A model generated the notes under the pieces. The model was not told the DNA's origin and ran no database searches. It worked only from the letters and a program-made list of their open reading frames with translations. Positions 1 through 10,735 of a stretch of 64,000 bases of DNA are shown in pieces. Numbering within the stretch: position 1 is the first letter of the stretch; every line of letters starts with the position of its first letter. Made by a program: the position numbers and the translations under genes. The DNA comes from Alphaproteobacteria bacterium. Lineage in GTDB: Bacteria > Pseudomonadota > Alphaproteobacteria > UBA828. Location of the stretch: NCBI GenBank assembly GCA_965214705.1, contig CBDCCI010000002.1, forward strand, positions 2,048,001 through 2,112,000. The letters are read 5' to 3'.

Positions 1-2
1 TG

Positions 3-494
3 TTCGTCAAGGTGCGCTGGTACGAGGCGATTCTGCTGGCCGCCGCCTGCTTCATGCTGTTCCGCCCCGGCTTCTTCATGGATCATATCGCGCCGCCCTT
101 TGAGCCGGTCGCGTTCCAGTCTTTCGTCTCCAGCACATTCACCCCGGAGCCTGGCCGCCAGGTCCGCCTGCACGTGACGCGGGAGACCGACTACGGCGAG
201 CGCTACAAGCTATTCGTGCTGGAGACTCCGGTGGAGCAGGCAACGACGCCGGCGGAGACCTTCGGCGTCGGGCTCGAGCAGGAAGAGGACGGCCGCTACG
301 CCGTGGTCGACCTCGCCTGGAACGGGATGGCGGAGCAGGCCGGTATCGACTGGGGCGATTACGTCACGGGCGTGGACGTGGAGCAGACCGACCTGCCGCC
401 CAAGGAACTGATCTATCCCGCCGGCCTCGCGTTGCTGGGCCTGGTCTTCCTGTCGCAACTCGTGCGTGGGAGGCGTGCCGCCCGCGCGTCATAG
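3..494 (+). CDS. C-terminal part of TRAP transporter fused permease (DUF3394-like domain); 5' end lies outside the window
   Basis: Open frame from the window edge; WYE..LL..ACF.LFRPG and PPKELIY.P motifs typical of 4TM/12TM fusion C-termini. Confidence 0.7.
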   Translation, partial: FVKVRWYEAILLAAACFMLFRPGFFMDHIAPPFEPVAFQSFVSSTFTPEPGRQVRLHVTRETDYGERYKLFVLETPVEQATTPAETFGVGLEQEEDGRYAVVDLAWNGMAEQAGIDWGDYVTGVDVEQTDLPPKELIYPAGLALLGLVFLSQLVRGRRAARAS

Positions 495-534
495 TGACGG
501 GCGCGGTCGGCACGGCTGCGCCCTACCCCACCCT

Positions 535-2583
535 CTACAACGTCCGGCAGAGGCGGAAGGCGTCGAGCACGGCGGCATAGATGTTGCGGCTGGAGACCGC
601 GTCGCCAACGCGAAAGAGCCGGAAGCCTCCGTCCGCAGCCCCCGGCTGCGGCGCGCCCGCGAGCAGGGCCTTCTGATCCACCACGCCGCGGTTGGACGCG
701 TGATCTGCCAGCCCGTGAAAGAGCGCGTCGGCGGGGCGCGTCCCGTGCTCGACCACGATCCGCCCGGTCTCGTGTTCCTCCGCTTGGTCGGTGAGCTCGT
801 TGCGGAATGTCACGCGCAGCCGGTTGCCGTCGCGTTGGACGCGCTCCAGGCGTCGGTCGAGCCGGGGCTCGATGCCGAGCTCATAGGTGCGCCGGCGCCA
901 GATGACCTGCTCCGCGTAGGACATCTCCATCGCGAGATGGCCATCGAGGCCGAAGAAAGCGACCTCACCGCCGGCTTGCCTGATCGCCTCCGCCGCCGTG
1001 AGCGCCGCATGGCGGCCGGTCCCGTCATAGACGATCGAGTCCTCGGCGGCGTTTGCCGCGCCCGAGAGAATGTCCCGGACGCTGGTGCAGTGCTCCGCGC
1101 CCTCGATCCAGTCGAGGTCGGGAACGCCGCCGGTCGCCACGATGACGACGTCGGCATCGTCCAGGGCAATCGTGCTCGGCTCGATGGGTGAGTTGAGGCG
1201 CACCGCGACACCGAGCCGTTCCAGTTCGCGGGCTCGCCACTCGACGATACCCGTGAGTTCGCCGCGCCAGCTTGCCTGCGCCGCCAGCAGCACCTGTCCG
1301 CCGAGCCGCCCTGCTGCCTCGCAAAGCCGTACGTCGTGGCCGCGCTCAGCGCACACCCTGGCGGCCTCCAGCCCGGCCGGCCCTCCGCCCGCGACCAGTA
1401 CGCGGCGCTTCGTCGTCGCTCGATCGATCGCGTGCGGCAACGCAGACTCGTGGCCGGTGGAGGGATTGTGAATGCAGGTCGGCCGCAGCGGGCTCATGCA
1501 ATGGGTCGCGCCCACACAGGGGCGCACGCGCGTCTCCTCGCCGCGCGCGAGCTTGGCCACCAGCTCGGGGTCCGCAATGTGCGCGCGGGTCATCGCCACC
1601 ATGTTGAGCAGCCCGTCGCGGATCGCGTGCCGCGCCATCTCCAGCGAGGTGATGCGCGTGGCATGAAAGACCGGAAGCCCCACCGCCTGCTTGAAGGCGC
1701 CGGCGCGGGCCAGGAACGGCGCCTCGGGCGAGGCCATACCCGGCATGCAGTCTGCCGCGAGCTTGAACTCCGTGTCGATGCGGCCGTAGATCGCGTTGAA
1801 GAAGTCGATGGTACCCGACGCCTCGAAGATGGCGGCGATTTTCAGGCCGTCCTCGAACGTGAGGTGGTTCGGGCCTGCCTCGTCGATCACGAAGCGGATG
1901 CCGACGACGAAGTCGTCGCCGACGCGTTTGCGGATCGTCTCGTGCACCATCAGCCCGAAGCGGCAGCGGTTTTCGACAGAGCCGCCGAACTTGTCGGTGC
2001 GCTGATTGGTAGCGGGCGAGAGGAACTGGCCGATCAGGTGCGCGCCGGCGAATGTCTCGATGCCGTCGAGCCCACCCTCCTTGCACCGCGCCGCCGCCTC
2101 GGCGAAGTCGGCCACCACGCGCGCGATGTCGTGCTCGTCCATCTCCCTGGCGAAGGCCCGGTGCAGGGTCTCGCGCACGGGCGACGGGCCGATGGGCGCA
2201 AGCGCCGCCCCGGCGTAGGACTCGCCCCGCCCGCCGACATGACTCACCTGGCACATCAGAGCTGCGCCGTGGGCGTGGATGCGCCGCGAGAACCGCTGAA
2301 AATGCTCGACCACGCGCTCGTCGTACAGGTTGATTTGCGGTAGCTGCCACGCGGACTCGGGCGATACGTTCGACGAGCCGCCGAACATGGTGAGCGCCAG
2401 CCCGCCTCTCGCCTTCGCCTCGTGGTAGCGCTGGTATCGCTCGCTCGGCATGCCATCCTCGACCAGCCCGCACGCGTGGCTGGTGCTCATGATGCGGTTC
2501 TTGAGAGTGAGGTGCTTCAGTCTGAAGGGCTGCAGCAGCGGATCGCTTGTAGCGTCATGAGATACCGGCGCCGTTTCGGTCAT
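535..2583 (-). CDS. NADH:flavin oxidoreductase, Old Yellow Enzyme family with C-terminal FAD domain (N-methylproline demethylase-like)
   Basis: DPLLQPF.LKHLTLKNRIMSTSH, FLSPATNQRTD.FGGS.ENR, RPCVGATHC/CIHNP Fe-S motif, GGGPAGLEAA. Confidence 0.85.
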   Translation of the reverse strand: MTETAPVSHDATSDPLLQPFRLKHLTLKNRIMSTSHACGLVEDGMPSERYQRYHEAKARGGLALTMFGGSSNVSPESAWQLPQINLYDERVVEHFQRFSRRIHAHGAALMCQVSHVGGRGESYAGAALAPIGPSPVRETLHRAFAREMDEHDIARVVADFAEAAARCKEGGLDGIETFAGAHLIGQFLSPATNQRTDKFGGSVENRCRFGLMVHETIRKRVGDDFVVGIRFVIDEAGPNHLTFEDGLKIAAIFEASGTIDFFNAIYGRIDTEFKLAADCMPGMASPEAPFLARAGAFKQAVGLPVFHATRITSLEMARHAIRDGLLNMVAMTRAHIADPELVAKLARGEETRVRPCVGATHCMSPLRPTCIHNPSTGHESALPHAIDRATTKRRVLVAGGGPAGLEAARVCAERGHDVRLCEAAGRLGGQVLLAAQASWRGELTGIVEWRARELERLGVAVRLNSPIEPSTIALDDADVVIVATGGVPDLDWIEGAEHCTSVRDILSGAANAAEDSIVYDGTGRHAALTAAEAIRQAGGEVAFFGLDGHLAMEMSYAEQVIWRRRTYELGIEPRLDRRLERVQRDGNRLRVTFRNELTDQAEEHETGRIVVEHGTRPADALFHGLADHASNRGVVDQKALLAGAPQPGAADGGFRLFRVGDAVSSRNIYAAVLDAFRLCRTL

Positions 2584-3063
2584 GTTCCTGCTCTCCACTA
2601 CAAGGCGCGCACCTGTCGTCTATCGGCGCGTGCAGGATAGCCGCGCCGGGTTCCGGCAGCGACCGTGGGCCTCCGGAATCAGGTTGCGCACTTTCGATAA
2701 CCCTGCGCCAAATGCGCCGCCTCCTCTCCTGAGCCTGACGCATGGAACGGTATCTCGGGCGCCTGGGCGCCGCCGCCTTCGAGGACGTGCCGCACTTCGG
2801 GCACTACGACGTGGTGGTCGTCGGCGGCGGGCCGGCCGGGATCGCCGCGTCCACCACCGCTGCCGTACTGGGCCACAAGACACTCCTGATCGAGCGCAGG
2901 GCGAATTTGTCCAAGCCTGATTTTTGAGTTCTGCGCTACGAGTTGACCTTGGGTCTGGTCAGCGCGCGCCAACCCTGCTATGGATTGAGGCGACTGGATT
3001 CGCGGTGTTCTGCTGCGGATCGGCTTCGAGCAGGGGGACGGTTTCTACGGTGGATCTTTCCGA

Positions 3064-5159
3064 CCCATCTTTGCCACTTTTCGGTCCCGAAGGCCTGATT
3101 TTGGGTAGCCTTTGGGATCTAAGGCACTGATTTTGTTGGATTGTGTTTTGGGAAGTCCATTGTAGTGCCATAATCTTTGGTCTGTGGGCCGGCGCTCCTT
3201 GACAGTCCGCAAACTGTCCGTGACCCTGCCGCCATGTTCATTCGCAAAACCCTCACCGGTCGCGGAGACGGTGGCGAGCGCTATGCCACCTACCGCCTCG
3301 TGCGCAGCGAACGCATCGGCGGAAGGGTGCGCCAGGTCACGCTCCTCAATCTCGGCGCCGACTTCGGTGTGCCCGAGGAGCAATGGCGCGAATTGGCGCT
3401 TCTGATCGAAACCCTTCTCGCCGGCAGCGAGCCGCTGCTGGAGCCGGATGCCGCCTTGCGCCCCGTCGCCGAGGACGTCGTACGGCGGCTTCACGCCCGC
3501 GATCTCGGCGCGTCGCGGCCCGGGGACGAGAGCGACCTGGCCACGGTCCGTCTCGATAGCCTCTCCCACGAACAGGTCCGCTCGGTGGGCTGCGAGCGCC
3601 TGGCTCTCGCCGCGCTTGACGACCTTCGCTTCATCGAGACGCTGGAGAGGCTGGGCGCAAGTGAGCGCGACGCACGCATCGCGGCGGCACTGGTGGTCGC
3701 GCGCATGATCCATCCCTCCAGCGAGCGCGAGGCCTTCCGCTGGCTGAGCGCGAACAGCGCGACCCTGGAGTTGCTCGATGTCGACAGCGGCAAGTCGCTC
3801 ACGCTCAGCAAGCTCTACCGCATCGGCGACCTCTTGTGGCGTCACCGCGCGGCGCTTGAAGAGGCGCTGTGCGCCCGGGAGCGCGATCTCTTCGGCATCC
3901 CCGACACCATCGTCTTCTTCGACCTGACCAACACCCATATGACCGGACGGCCCAGCTCCGCGCTGGCCCGCTTCGGGCGCTCGAAGCAGAGGCGTGACGA
4001 TTGTCCGATCGTGACCCTGGCCCTGTCGCTGAACCAGGCCGGCTTTCCGCAGCACAGCGAGATCCTGCCCGGCAACATCTCCGAGCCGGCCACTCTCGCC
4101 GACGCCATCGGGCGGCTGGAATGCCAAGCGCGCGGCAGCAACGCCCCCAGGCCCACGGTCATCATGGACGCCGGCATCTCCACCGAGGCCAACCTCGCCT
4201 GGCTGCGGGCGGGCGGCTATCACTGGATCACCGTTCGCCGCGGCGTCTCGGCGCCGCCCGGGCGCGAAGCCGATGCCGCCTTCGAAACCCGGGCCGGCCA
4301 CGATGCCCGCGCCTGGCGTCTCGCGGCAGGGGACGACGAAGCGCACCTGTGCGTCTGGAGCCATGAGCGCCAGCAGAAGGACGAGGCCGTGCTCGCCCGT
4401 CAGCGTCACAACTTCGAGGACGCCCTGCGCGCCCTGCATGGCGGGCTGTCGAAGAAGAACCACATCAAGCAGTTCACCAAGGTGATGGAGAAGCTGGGCC
4501 GGCTGAAGGAAAGGTACAGGCGCGTCCACCGTCAGTACGACATCGAGGTCGAGCCCGGAGAGAAGGGGCGGGCCAGTGCGGTCCGCTGGAGGCGCAACGC
4601 TCTCCATGCCGAGCGCGACCGCCAAGCGGGCATCTATGTGCTGCGCACCAGCCACGTCGAGTGGGATCTTGAAACCGTGGTCCGAACCTACTGGAAGCTC
4701 ACAGAGCTCGAGGCCACCTTCCGCAGCCTGAAATCCGAAATCGGCCTGCGCCCGGTCTGGCACTCCAAGACCTCGCGCATCGCCGCCCACCTGTTCATCG
4801 CCGTCCTCGCCTACCACGCGGTTCATCTGCTGCGAACCCGTCTGGCGGCGCACGGCTTGCATGACCGCTGGAGTACGATCCGCGACAAGCTCGCGGGCTG
4901 GGTGCGTCTCACCTCCACCATCCGGGAGGTGGACGGAAACCGCATCGTCATCCGCCAGGATGCTCAACCCGACGCCGAGGCGCGCGTCATCGCGCAGGCG
5001 GCGGGCCTCACGGTGGATCCCCACAGGCGCCGGGCGGTGCTCCCGGGAGTGTCGCGATGAGCGCACAAACGTAGTGCCATAATCCCAGATGGGCCAGAAA
5101 ATCAGCCCATCATCGCAACTACTTAGGTCGCAGGCGCGCGCCAAAATGGCAAAGATGGG
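3064..5159 (+). mobile_element. IS1634-like IS (type A)
   Basis: Ends CCCATCTTTGCCA / TGGCAAAGATGGG, 4-bp TSD CCGA (3060-63, 5160-63); removal restores VDLSEVDVAAVRPEDEARF. Confidence 0.85.
3234..5060 (+). CDS. IS1634-like DDE transposase
   Basis: FFDLTNT, FGRSKQRRDDCP, VIMDAGI, ELEATFRSLKSEIGLRPVWH. Confidence 0.85.
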   Translation: MFIRKTLTGRGDGGERYATYRLVRSERIGGRVRQVTLLNLGADFGVPEEQWRELALLIETLLAGSEPLLEPDAALRPVAEDVVRRLHARDLGASRPGDESDLATVRLDSLSHEQVRSVGCERLALAALDDLRFIETLERLGASERDARIAAALVVARMIHPSSEREAFRWLSANSATLELLDVDSGKSLTLSKLYRIGDLLWRHRAALEEALCARERDLFGIPDTIVFFDLTNTHMTGRPSSALARFGRSKQRRDDCPIVTLALSLNQAGFPQHSEILPGNISEPATLADAIGRLECQARGSNAPRPTVIMDAGISTEANLAWLRAGGYHWITVRRGVSAPPGREADAAFETRAGHDARAWRLAAGDDEAHLCVWSHERQQKDEAVLARQRHNFEDALRALHGGLSKKNHIKQFTKVMEKLGRLKERYRRVHRQYDIEVEPGEKGRASAVRWRRNALHAERDRQAGIYVLRTSHVEWDLETVVRTYWKLTELEATFRSLKSEIGLRPVWHSKTSRIAAHLFIAVLAYHAVHLLRTRLAAHGLHDRWSTIRDKLAGWVRLTSTIREVDGNRIVIRQDAQPDAEARVIAQAAGLTVDPHRRRAVLPGVSR

Positions 5160-5163
5160 CCGA

Positions 5164-6942
5164 GGTCGATGTCGCTGCTGTCCGGCCGGAGGACGAGGCC
5201 CGGTTCCGCGCGCTGATGGAGGGGCATCACTACCTGGGTGCGTCTGCGAAGGTGGGGGCGACGGCGTGGTACGTCGCCCATCGGCGCGGCGAGTGGCTGG
5301 CGCTGGCCGTGTTTTCGGCTGCGGCGCGCAAGTGCCGGGCGCGGGACGAGTGGATCGGCTGGGACTTCCGCACGCAGCACGGGCGGCTGCATCTGATCGC
5401 GAACAACGCGCGCTTCCTGATCCTGCCGGGACGGGGTGTTCCGAACCTCGGCTCGCGGGTGCTGGGGCTTTGCGCGCGGCGCTTGGCGCGCGACTGGCCG
5501 GCCCGCTTCGGCCACCCCGTGCTGATGCTGGAAACATTCGTGGACGCGGCGAGGTTCCGGGGCACGGTCTACCGGGCGGCTGGATGGCTGGCGGTCGGCC
5601 AGACCCGCGGCTTCCGGCGCCACCGCTCGGGCTATGTCGCCGGCTCGACGCCGAAGCTTGTGCTGCTGCGCCCCCTGGTTCCCGACGCCTGCCGCCGGCT
5701 GTCCGCTGCCGGGCTGGATCGGGAGTTGTGGAAGAAAGGAGTTCCGAGAACCATGATCAGCGCCGCTCAGCAAGAGTCGCTCTACGCCTACTTCAAGGAC
5801 ATCGACGACCCCCGCACGCGCAAGGGACGGCGGCATTCGCTGCCCAGCGTGCTCGCGCTTGCGAGTGGCGCGACGCTCTGCGGCATGCGAGGCTGGAAGG
5901 CCATGTCCGAGTGGGTCGACGATCTCGGCGAGAAGGCGCTGGCCCGCTTCGGCGTGCGGCTGCGCGACGGGGTGCGCCGGCCGCCTTCGATGTCGACCAT
6001 CCGCAATGTGGTGATCCGGGTGGACCCGGACCAGTTGGACGAGGCGTTGCGCAAGTGGCAGGAGGCCCACGGCTCAGGCGACGCGGCGCTTGCCATCGAC
6101 GGCAAGACCCTGAGGGGGGCCATCGACGAGGACGGGACCCAGGCTCATGTCATGAGCGCGGTCGGGCACGAGACCAAGGCCACGCTCGCCCAAAAAAACT
6201 TCTCCTGAAAGTCGGGGCCGACGAGGAGACAAAGCGCACCAACGAGATCGGCACCGTGACGGCGCTGGTGGACCTGATCCCGAACATCGCGGGCAAGACG
6301 GTCACGACGGACGCGCTGCTAACCCAGCGCAAGTTCGCCCGCTACCTGCTCGACCGGGGCGCGCACTTCATGTTCATCGTGAAAGGGAACCAGAAGACCA
6401 TGCGGGACGATGTGACGCTGCTCTTCGAAGAGGCGCCGGAGCGTGAGCCCGACTTCGAGGAGGAGGCTGCGCTGTCGCACGGACGCATCGAGCAGCGGGC
6501 AATCTGGACGAGCACGGAGTTGAACGGCTTTCTCGACTTCCCGGGCGTCGGCCAGGTCTTCATGATCGAGCGCTCCCGCCAGGACAAGAAGACCGGCGAG
6601 ACCGGCACCGAGACCGCCTACGGGATCTCCAGCCACACGCCCGGCACGGCCAACGCGCAGAGCCTGCTCGCCCTCAACCGCGGCCACTGGTGCATCGAGA
6701 ACAGCTCGCACCACTGCCTCGACTGGACCTGGGACGAGGACCGCAGCCGCATACGCACAGGCTTCGGCCCCGAGAACATGACCCGCCTGCGGCGCTTCGC
6801 CATCGGCCTGATCAAGGGCCGGGGGCTCGAGGTCGCCTCGACCGTGCGCAGGCTCGCCCGCAACGTCCGCGCCGTCCTCGACTTCCTGAAAATGACCGGG
6901 AACACCCAGCCGAGGACCGCAAAGCGCGCCGCGCCGGCCTGA
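5164..6942 (+). CDS. DUF4338(DruA-like)-ISAs1 transposase fusion; 5' end cut by the nested IS, and a -1 frameshift near 6190
   Basis: HHYLG, IANNARFLIL, LETFVD..RFRGTVYRAAGW, then DDPR..GRRH, AIDGKTLRG; second frame has NEI, TDALLTQ, RGHWCIEN. Confidence 0.8.
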   Translation, partial: GRCRCCPAGGRGPVPRADGGASLPGCVCEGGGDGVVRRPSARRVAGAGRVFGCGAQVPGAGRVDRLGLPHAARAAASDREQRALPDPAGTGCSEPRLAGAGALRAALGARLAGPLRPPRADAGNIRGRGEVPGHGLPGGWMAGGRPDPRLPAPPLGLCRRLDAEACAAAPPGSRRLPPAVRCRAGSGVVEERSSENHDQRRSARVALRLLQGHRRPPHAQGTAAFAAQRARACEWRDALRHARLEGHVRVGRRSRREGAGPLRRAAARRGAPAAFDVDHPQCGDPGGPGPVGRGVAQVAGGPRLRRRGACHRRQDPEGGHRRGRDPGSCHERGRARDQGHARPKKLLLKVGADEETKRTNEIGTVTALVDLIPNIAGKTVTTDALLTQRKFARYLLDRGAHFMFIVKGNQKTMRDDVTLLFEEAPEREPDFEEEAALSHGRIEQRAIWTSTELNGFLDFPGVGQVFMIERSRQDKKTGETGTETAYGISSHTPGTANAQSLLALNRGHWCIENSSHHCLDWTWDEDRSRIRTGFGPENMTRLRRFAIGLIKGRGLEVASTVRRLARNVRAVLDFLKMTGNTQPRTAKRAAPA

Positions 6943-8456
6943 ACCCCGGCGCCCGGCAAGCCGGGCGCAAAGATCGTACCTGCCCTCGCTCCCGACCACG
7001 CCGGTGGCGCGATCCATCATGTCGGGGCACCGCCAAATCGCGACGGCACCGCCCGCACCGCCCACACGGTAATGCCAGAACCGTCTGACCGAACCGGATG
7101 CTCGGCCAGACCCCGCCGCAAACCCCGTAACAAAGCCGATCCGCACAACCCGTGGCCAGAACTCAACCGCCTACCAGCCGCTTGGACAAATTTGCCCTGG
7201 ATCGAGCGTCTGGGCTATTGCGGGGGCGCGGCGGTCTCCGGCATGTCGGGCACCGTTTGCGGGCTCTACATGACGGTGGACGAGCCGCGCATGGCGCAGC
7301 CGCAGCAGGTCATCTTCGGCTTCGCCGAGCGTTTTCGCGCGGCGCTCGAGGCCGAGGGCGGCGTCACCCGGCCGCAGATTTACGGCAAGACCTGGGTCGT
7401 CACGCACGACTGCGCCACGTACAAGCGCGTCGCCACCGATCTCGTGCGCGGTGCCGGCGTGGATGCCCTCTATCACACCCAGATGATCGACGTGATCGTC
7501 GAGGACGACGCCCTCGCCGGCCTCGTCCTCCACACCAAGTCCGGTTACACCAGAGTGAGCGCCGAGCGGGTCATCGACGCCAGCGGCGATGCCGATGCCG
7601 TCTTCAAGATGGGTTTGCACACGACCAAGGGCAACAACGGTGTCATCCAAAATCCAACGATGATGTTCAAGATCGGCAATGTCGATGTCGAGCGCTATCT
7701 CGACTATTGGGGGGAGGATACTATTTCGCCGCCCAAGGTCATTTCGATGCTGGAAGCGCGCGATGAACTCGTGCGCAAGAAAGTTTGGTTGTTTCCCACC
7801 GTCAATCCGCGCGAACTCTTGGTCAACGCGACCAAGATTACCGGCTTCGATGGGCGCGCGCTCGATGTGACAGATCCGGTGGATCATACCGAGGCTGAGC
7901 AGTTTTCCATCTATCAAGCACGAGCCTTTTTCGATTTTCTCAAAAAGCACGTTCCCGGCTGCGAAGACGCCTATTTCATCGATTACGGTGCGGAAGTCGG
8001 CGTGCGTCAGACCCGCTCCATCGACGGCATGGCGCGCCTCATGAACAGCGATGTGGTGGGCACGAGCAAGAGGGCCGACGCCATCGCCCGCTCCAGCTGG
8101 CCGATCGAGCTTCACTACGGCGCCAAGCCGAAGACGGAATGGCTGGTCGACGACTACTACGAGGTGCCCTTTGGCACCCTGGTGCCCAAGGAAGGCCGTA
8201 ACGTCATCGTCGCCGGCCGCTGCCTCAGCGCCGAGCATGAAGCGCTGGCGAGCTGCCGCGTCACGGCGCAATGCTTCGAGTACGGCCGCGCTGCTGCGAT
8301 CGCCGCCGACATGTCCATCAGGGACGACTTGGCATTTCAAGAGATCGACGGCATAGCGGTCGCCGGGCGAATGAAGGCCGGAACATTTGTATAGAAATAA
8401 AATTCATTTTTAAGTGATGATTACGTGAATTTCTTCACTTGGTGAGATAGCATCCC

Positions 8457-9581
8457 ATGACCCCTGTAATCGTCGAACGAATCGAGTTGCTGGCGATCGG
8501 GCCCGACAGCGAAAGGGTGACGTGGTCGTCGCTCCTCGGGCCCATGTACGAGGCGCTGATCGTCGCGCGGCTCTTCCTCTCCAATGGCGTGGAGGCGATT
8601 GCCGGGACCACGACTTATACCGAGCACGAGTTCGACAGGGCGACGTTTCACGCCGCAGCCCTGATGGCGCCGTTCGTGCTGGGACGCGATGCGTTCGACA
8701 CTAGGGCCGCCTACGCGGATATGAGAAAGCGTTACGTCCCTCTCGGGCATACGGCGACGTCGCTCCTCGACATCGCGCTGCATGACGGTACGGCCAAGTC
8801 GGAAGAGCTGCCGCTATACCGAATGCTCGGCGCCGCACGGCACGCAATTCCCGCCTATGCGTCGAGCCCATTACTGCCGACGGATCAGGCCTATATCGAC
8901 TATTGTCGAGACATGCGGGCGCTTGGGTATCGGACGGTCAAAATCCATCCCTATTGCGTGTTCGACGATGACATGCGTTTGGTCAGATTACTCGTGGAGG
9001 AATTCGCTGAACGGAACATTAAGATGAGCCTGGATGTGGATGGAACGTACTCGTTCGATCAGGCACTCCGTATGGGGGAAATTTTGGACGCTGCCGGTTG
9101 GGAATTCTTCGAGGCGCCGCTCCCCGACACAGATTTGTCCGGCTACAAGAAGCTCGCCGATGCACTCGATCTCGACGTGATCTGCGGTGGAAACAGCCTT
9201 CCCCATCCACAGCTCATCGAGTTCGCGTTGGAGATGGGCGCGTGGGACCGCAGCCGCTTCGACGTGACCGGTATCGGCGGGTTCACCGGCGCCGGCGAGG
9301 TGGCAGAGGTCACGCGCGCTCACGGCAAGGCGTGCGAAGTGCAAAGCTGGGGGTACACGCTCACGCAAGCGGCGAACCTGCACTTCATGCTTGCTCATCC
9401 GCACTGCACCCATTTCGAACAAGCGGCGCCGTTCGAGAAATACGAGTTCGGTGCGGGGCAGGTCATTCGCCCGGACGCGGACGGCTTCGTCCGACCGAGT
9501 GATCTGCCCGGACTGGGAGTCGGGATGGACTGGGACCAGATCAGGCCGTTCGTCTATGCCCGGCGCGTGTTCTCGACGTGA
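8457..9581 (+). CDS. Mandelate racemase/muconate lactonizing enzyme family protein
   Basis: LDIALHD, KIH, acidic metal ligands, C-terminal PGLG. Confidence 0.8.
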   Translation: MTPVIVERIELLAIGPDSERVTWSSLLGPMYEALIVARLFLSNGVEAIAGTTTYTEHEFDRATFHAAALMAPFVLGRDAFDTRAAYADMRKRYVPLGHTATSLLDIALHDGTAKSEELPLYRMLGAARHAIPAYASSPLLPTDQAYIDYCRDMRALGYRTVKIHPYCVFDDDMRLVRLLVEEFAERNIKMSLDVDGTYSFDQALRMGEILDAAGWEFFEAPLPDTDLSGYKKLADALDLDVICGGNSLPHPQLIEFALEMGAWDRSRFDVTGIGGFTGAGEVAEVTRAHGKACEVQSWGYTLTQAANLHFMLAHPHCTHFEQAAPFEKYEFGAGQVIRPDADGFVRPSDLPGLGVGMDWDQIRPFVYARRVFST

Positions 9582-10735
9582 CTGTGACGATCGAACGTAT
9601 CGAGGTCCTCTGCCTGCAGGACCCGCAAGCCTCCTATTATCGCTTCGAGGGCAGCTATCGGAACGTCGTCGTGCTCGCGCATGGCGACAACGGGCTTGTG
9701 GGCATCGGCGAGAGCGATGCGCCGCCCGAGATCGTCAAGTCCCTGATCGAGATGCCGCCCTACAACCAGCGGTCCGAGGGACTGGCCGACATCGTCACCG
9801 GGCTGGCGGTGGACGACCCGCGCCGCCTCTGGGACGAGATGTACGCGCGCACGCAGTGGCACGGCCGTCGCGGCGCCGCGATGCACGCGATCAGTGCGCT
9901 CGATATCGCCATCTGGGACCTCTTCGCCCAGTCGCAGGGCATTCCGGTCTGCGAGGCGCTTGGCGGCTCCCATCACGACCGCCTCCACGCCTACGCGACC
10001 ATCTATCCCCTCGAAGACACACCCGCACGCATCGAGGCGCAGGTCGTGCCGTTGCTGGAACGGGGCTTCCGCCACCTCAAGGCTTGCGTCGAGCCGTGGT
10101 GGAACGAGCCGGACCGGGTGCGCCGAAACCTGACTCACTTGCGCGATTTGGTGGGGCCGGAGCGAAGCCTGATGCTCGATGTCGCGCAGGAGTACACCCG
10201 CTTCGAGCAGCTTGAACCTTTCCTCGACCTGCTGGCCGATTTGGACTTCGGCTGGATCGAAGCGCCCTTCTCCCTCGACAATGTGGCCGACCACGCGCGG
10301 CTGCGTACCGCCACACACATCCCCGTCGGCGTCGGCGATCTGGCCCTCACCACTTGCAGGGAGTTCGAGCCCTTCCTCGCGGCCGACGCGTTCGATATTG
10401 CGCAGCCGGACCTCACCAACTTCGGCGGGTTCACCGAAGCGCAGCGACTCGCGCAGATGCTGGACGGCACCGGCCGGCGCATCGTTCCCCACGCCTACAA
10501 CACCGACATCACCATCGCGGCCAACCTGCAATTCCTGGCCGCGCAGTCGGAACCCGAACTTGTCGAGTATTCGACGAGTCCATCGCGCCTGCGCCAAAGC
10601 CTGGTGCGAGGCCTCGAACCGATCGACGCCGATGGGATGATCCCGATCCCTACCCGCCCCGGCCTCGGCGTGATGTTGAATCCCGACGCGGTCGCGGAAC
10701 TCGCGGTCAGTCGCGCCGCTGAAGCATCCCGTTGA
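9578..10735 (+). CDS. Mandelate racemase/muconate lactonizing enzyme family protein
   Basis: AISALDIAIWDL, LMLD, WIEAP, QPD, PH, PGLG; GTGA overlap with the upstream gene. Confidence 0.85.
   Translation: MTVTIERIEVLCLQDPQASYYRFEGSYRNVVVLAHGDNGLVGIGESDAPPEIVKSLIEMPPYNQRSEGLADIVTGLAVDDPRRLWDEMYARTQWHGRRGAAMHAISALDIAIWDLFAQSQGIPVCEALGGSHHDRLHAYATIYPLEDTPARIEAQVVPLLERGFRHLKACVEPWWNEPDRVRRNLTHLRDLVGPERSLMLDVAQEYTRFEQLEPFLDLLADLDFGWIEAPFSLDNVADHARLRTATHIPVGVGDLALTTCREFEPFLAADAFDIAQPDLTNFGGFTEAQRLAQMLDGTGRRIVPHAYNTDITIAANLQFLAAQSEPELVEYSTSPSRLRQSLVRGLEPIDADGMIPIPTRPGLGVMLNPDAVAELAVSRAAEASR

Larger units (their letters stand above)
2897..7199 (+). mobile_element. ISAs1-family IS (copy 1) with N-terminal DUF4338 domain, itself interrupted by an IS1634-like IS
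   Basis: IRs CAGGGCGAATTTGTCCAAGC / GCTTGGACAAATTTGCCCTG (1 mismatch), 9-bp TSD. Confidence 0.9.
2742..8394 (+). pseudogene. FAD-dependent oxidoreductase split by an ISAs1 insertion (5' part 2742-2896, 3' part 7209-8394)
   Basis: YDVVVVGGGPAG...LLIER joins LGYCGGAAVSG... in frame once 2897-7208 is removed; GATCGAGCG duplicated at 2888-2896 and 7200-7208. Confidence 0.9.

Noticed and set aside
3045-5537. 830-aa minus ORF and similar long antisense ORFs (24885-26882, 29482-31764, 42888-45068, 54379-56250)
   Set aside because: Shadow frames opposite high-GC transposase genes; they cross element boundaries and have no motifs
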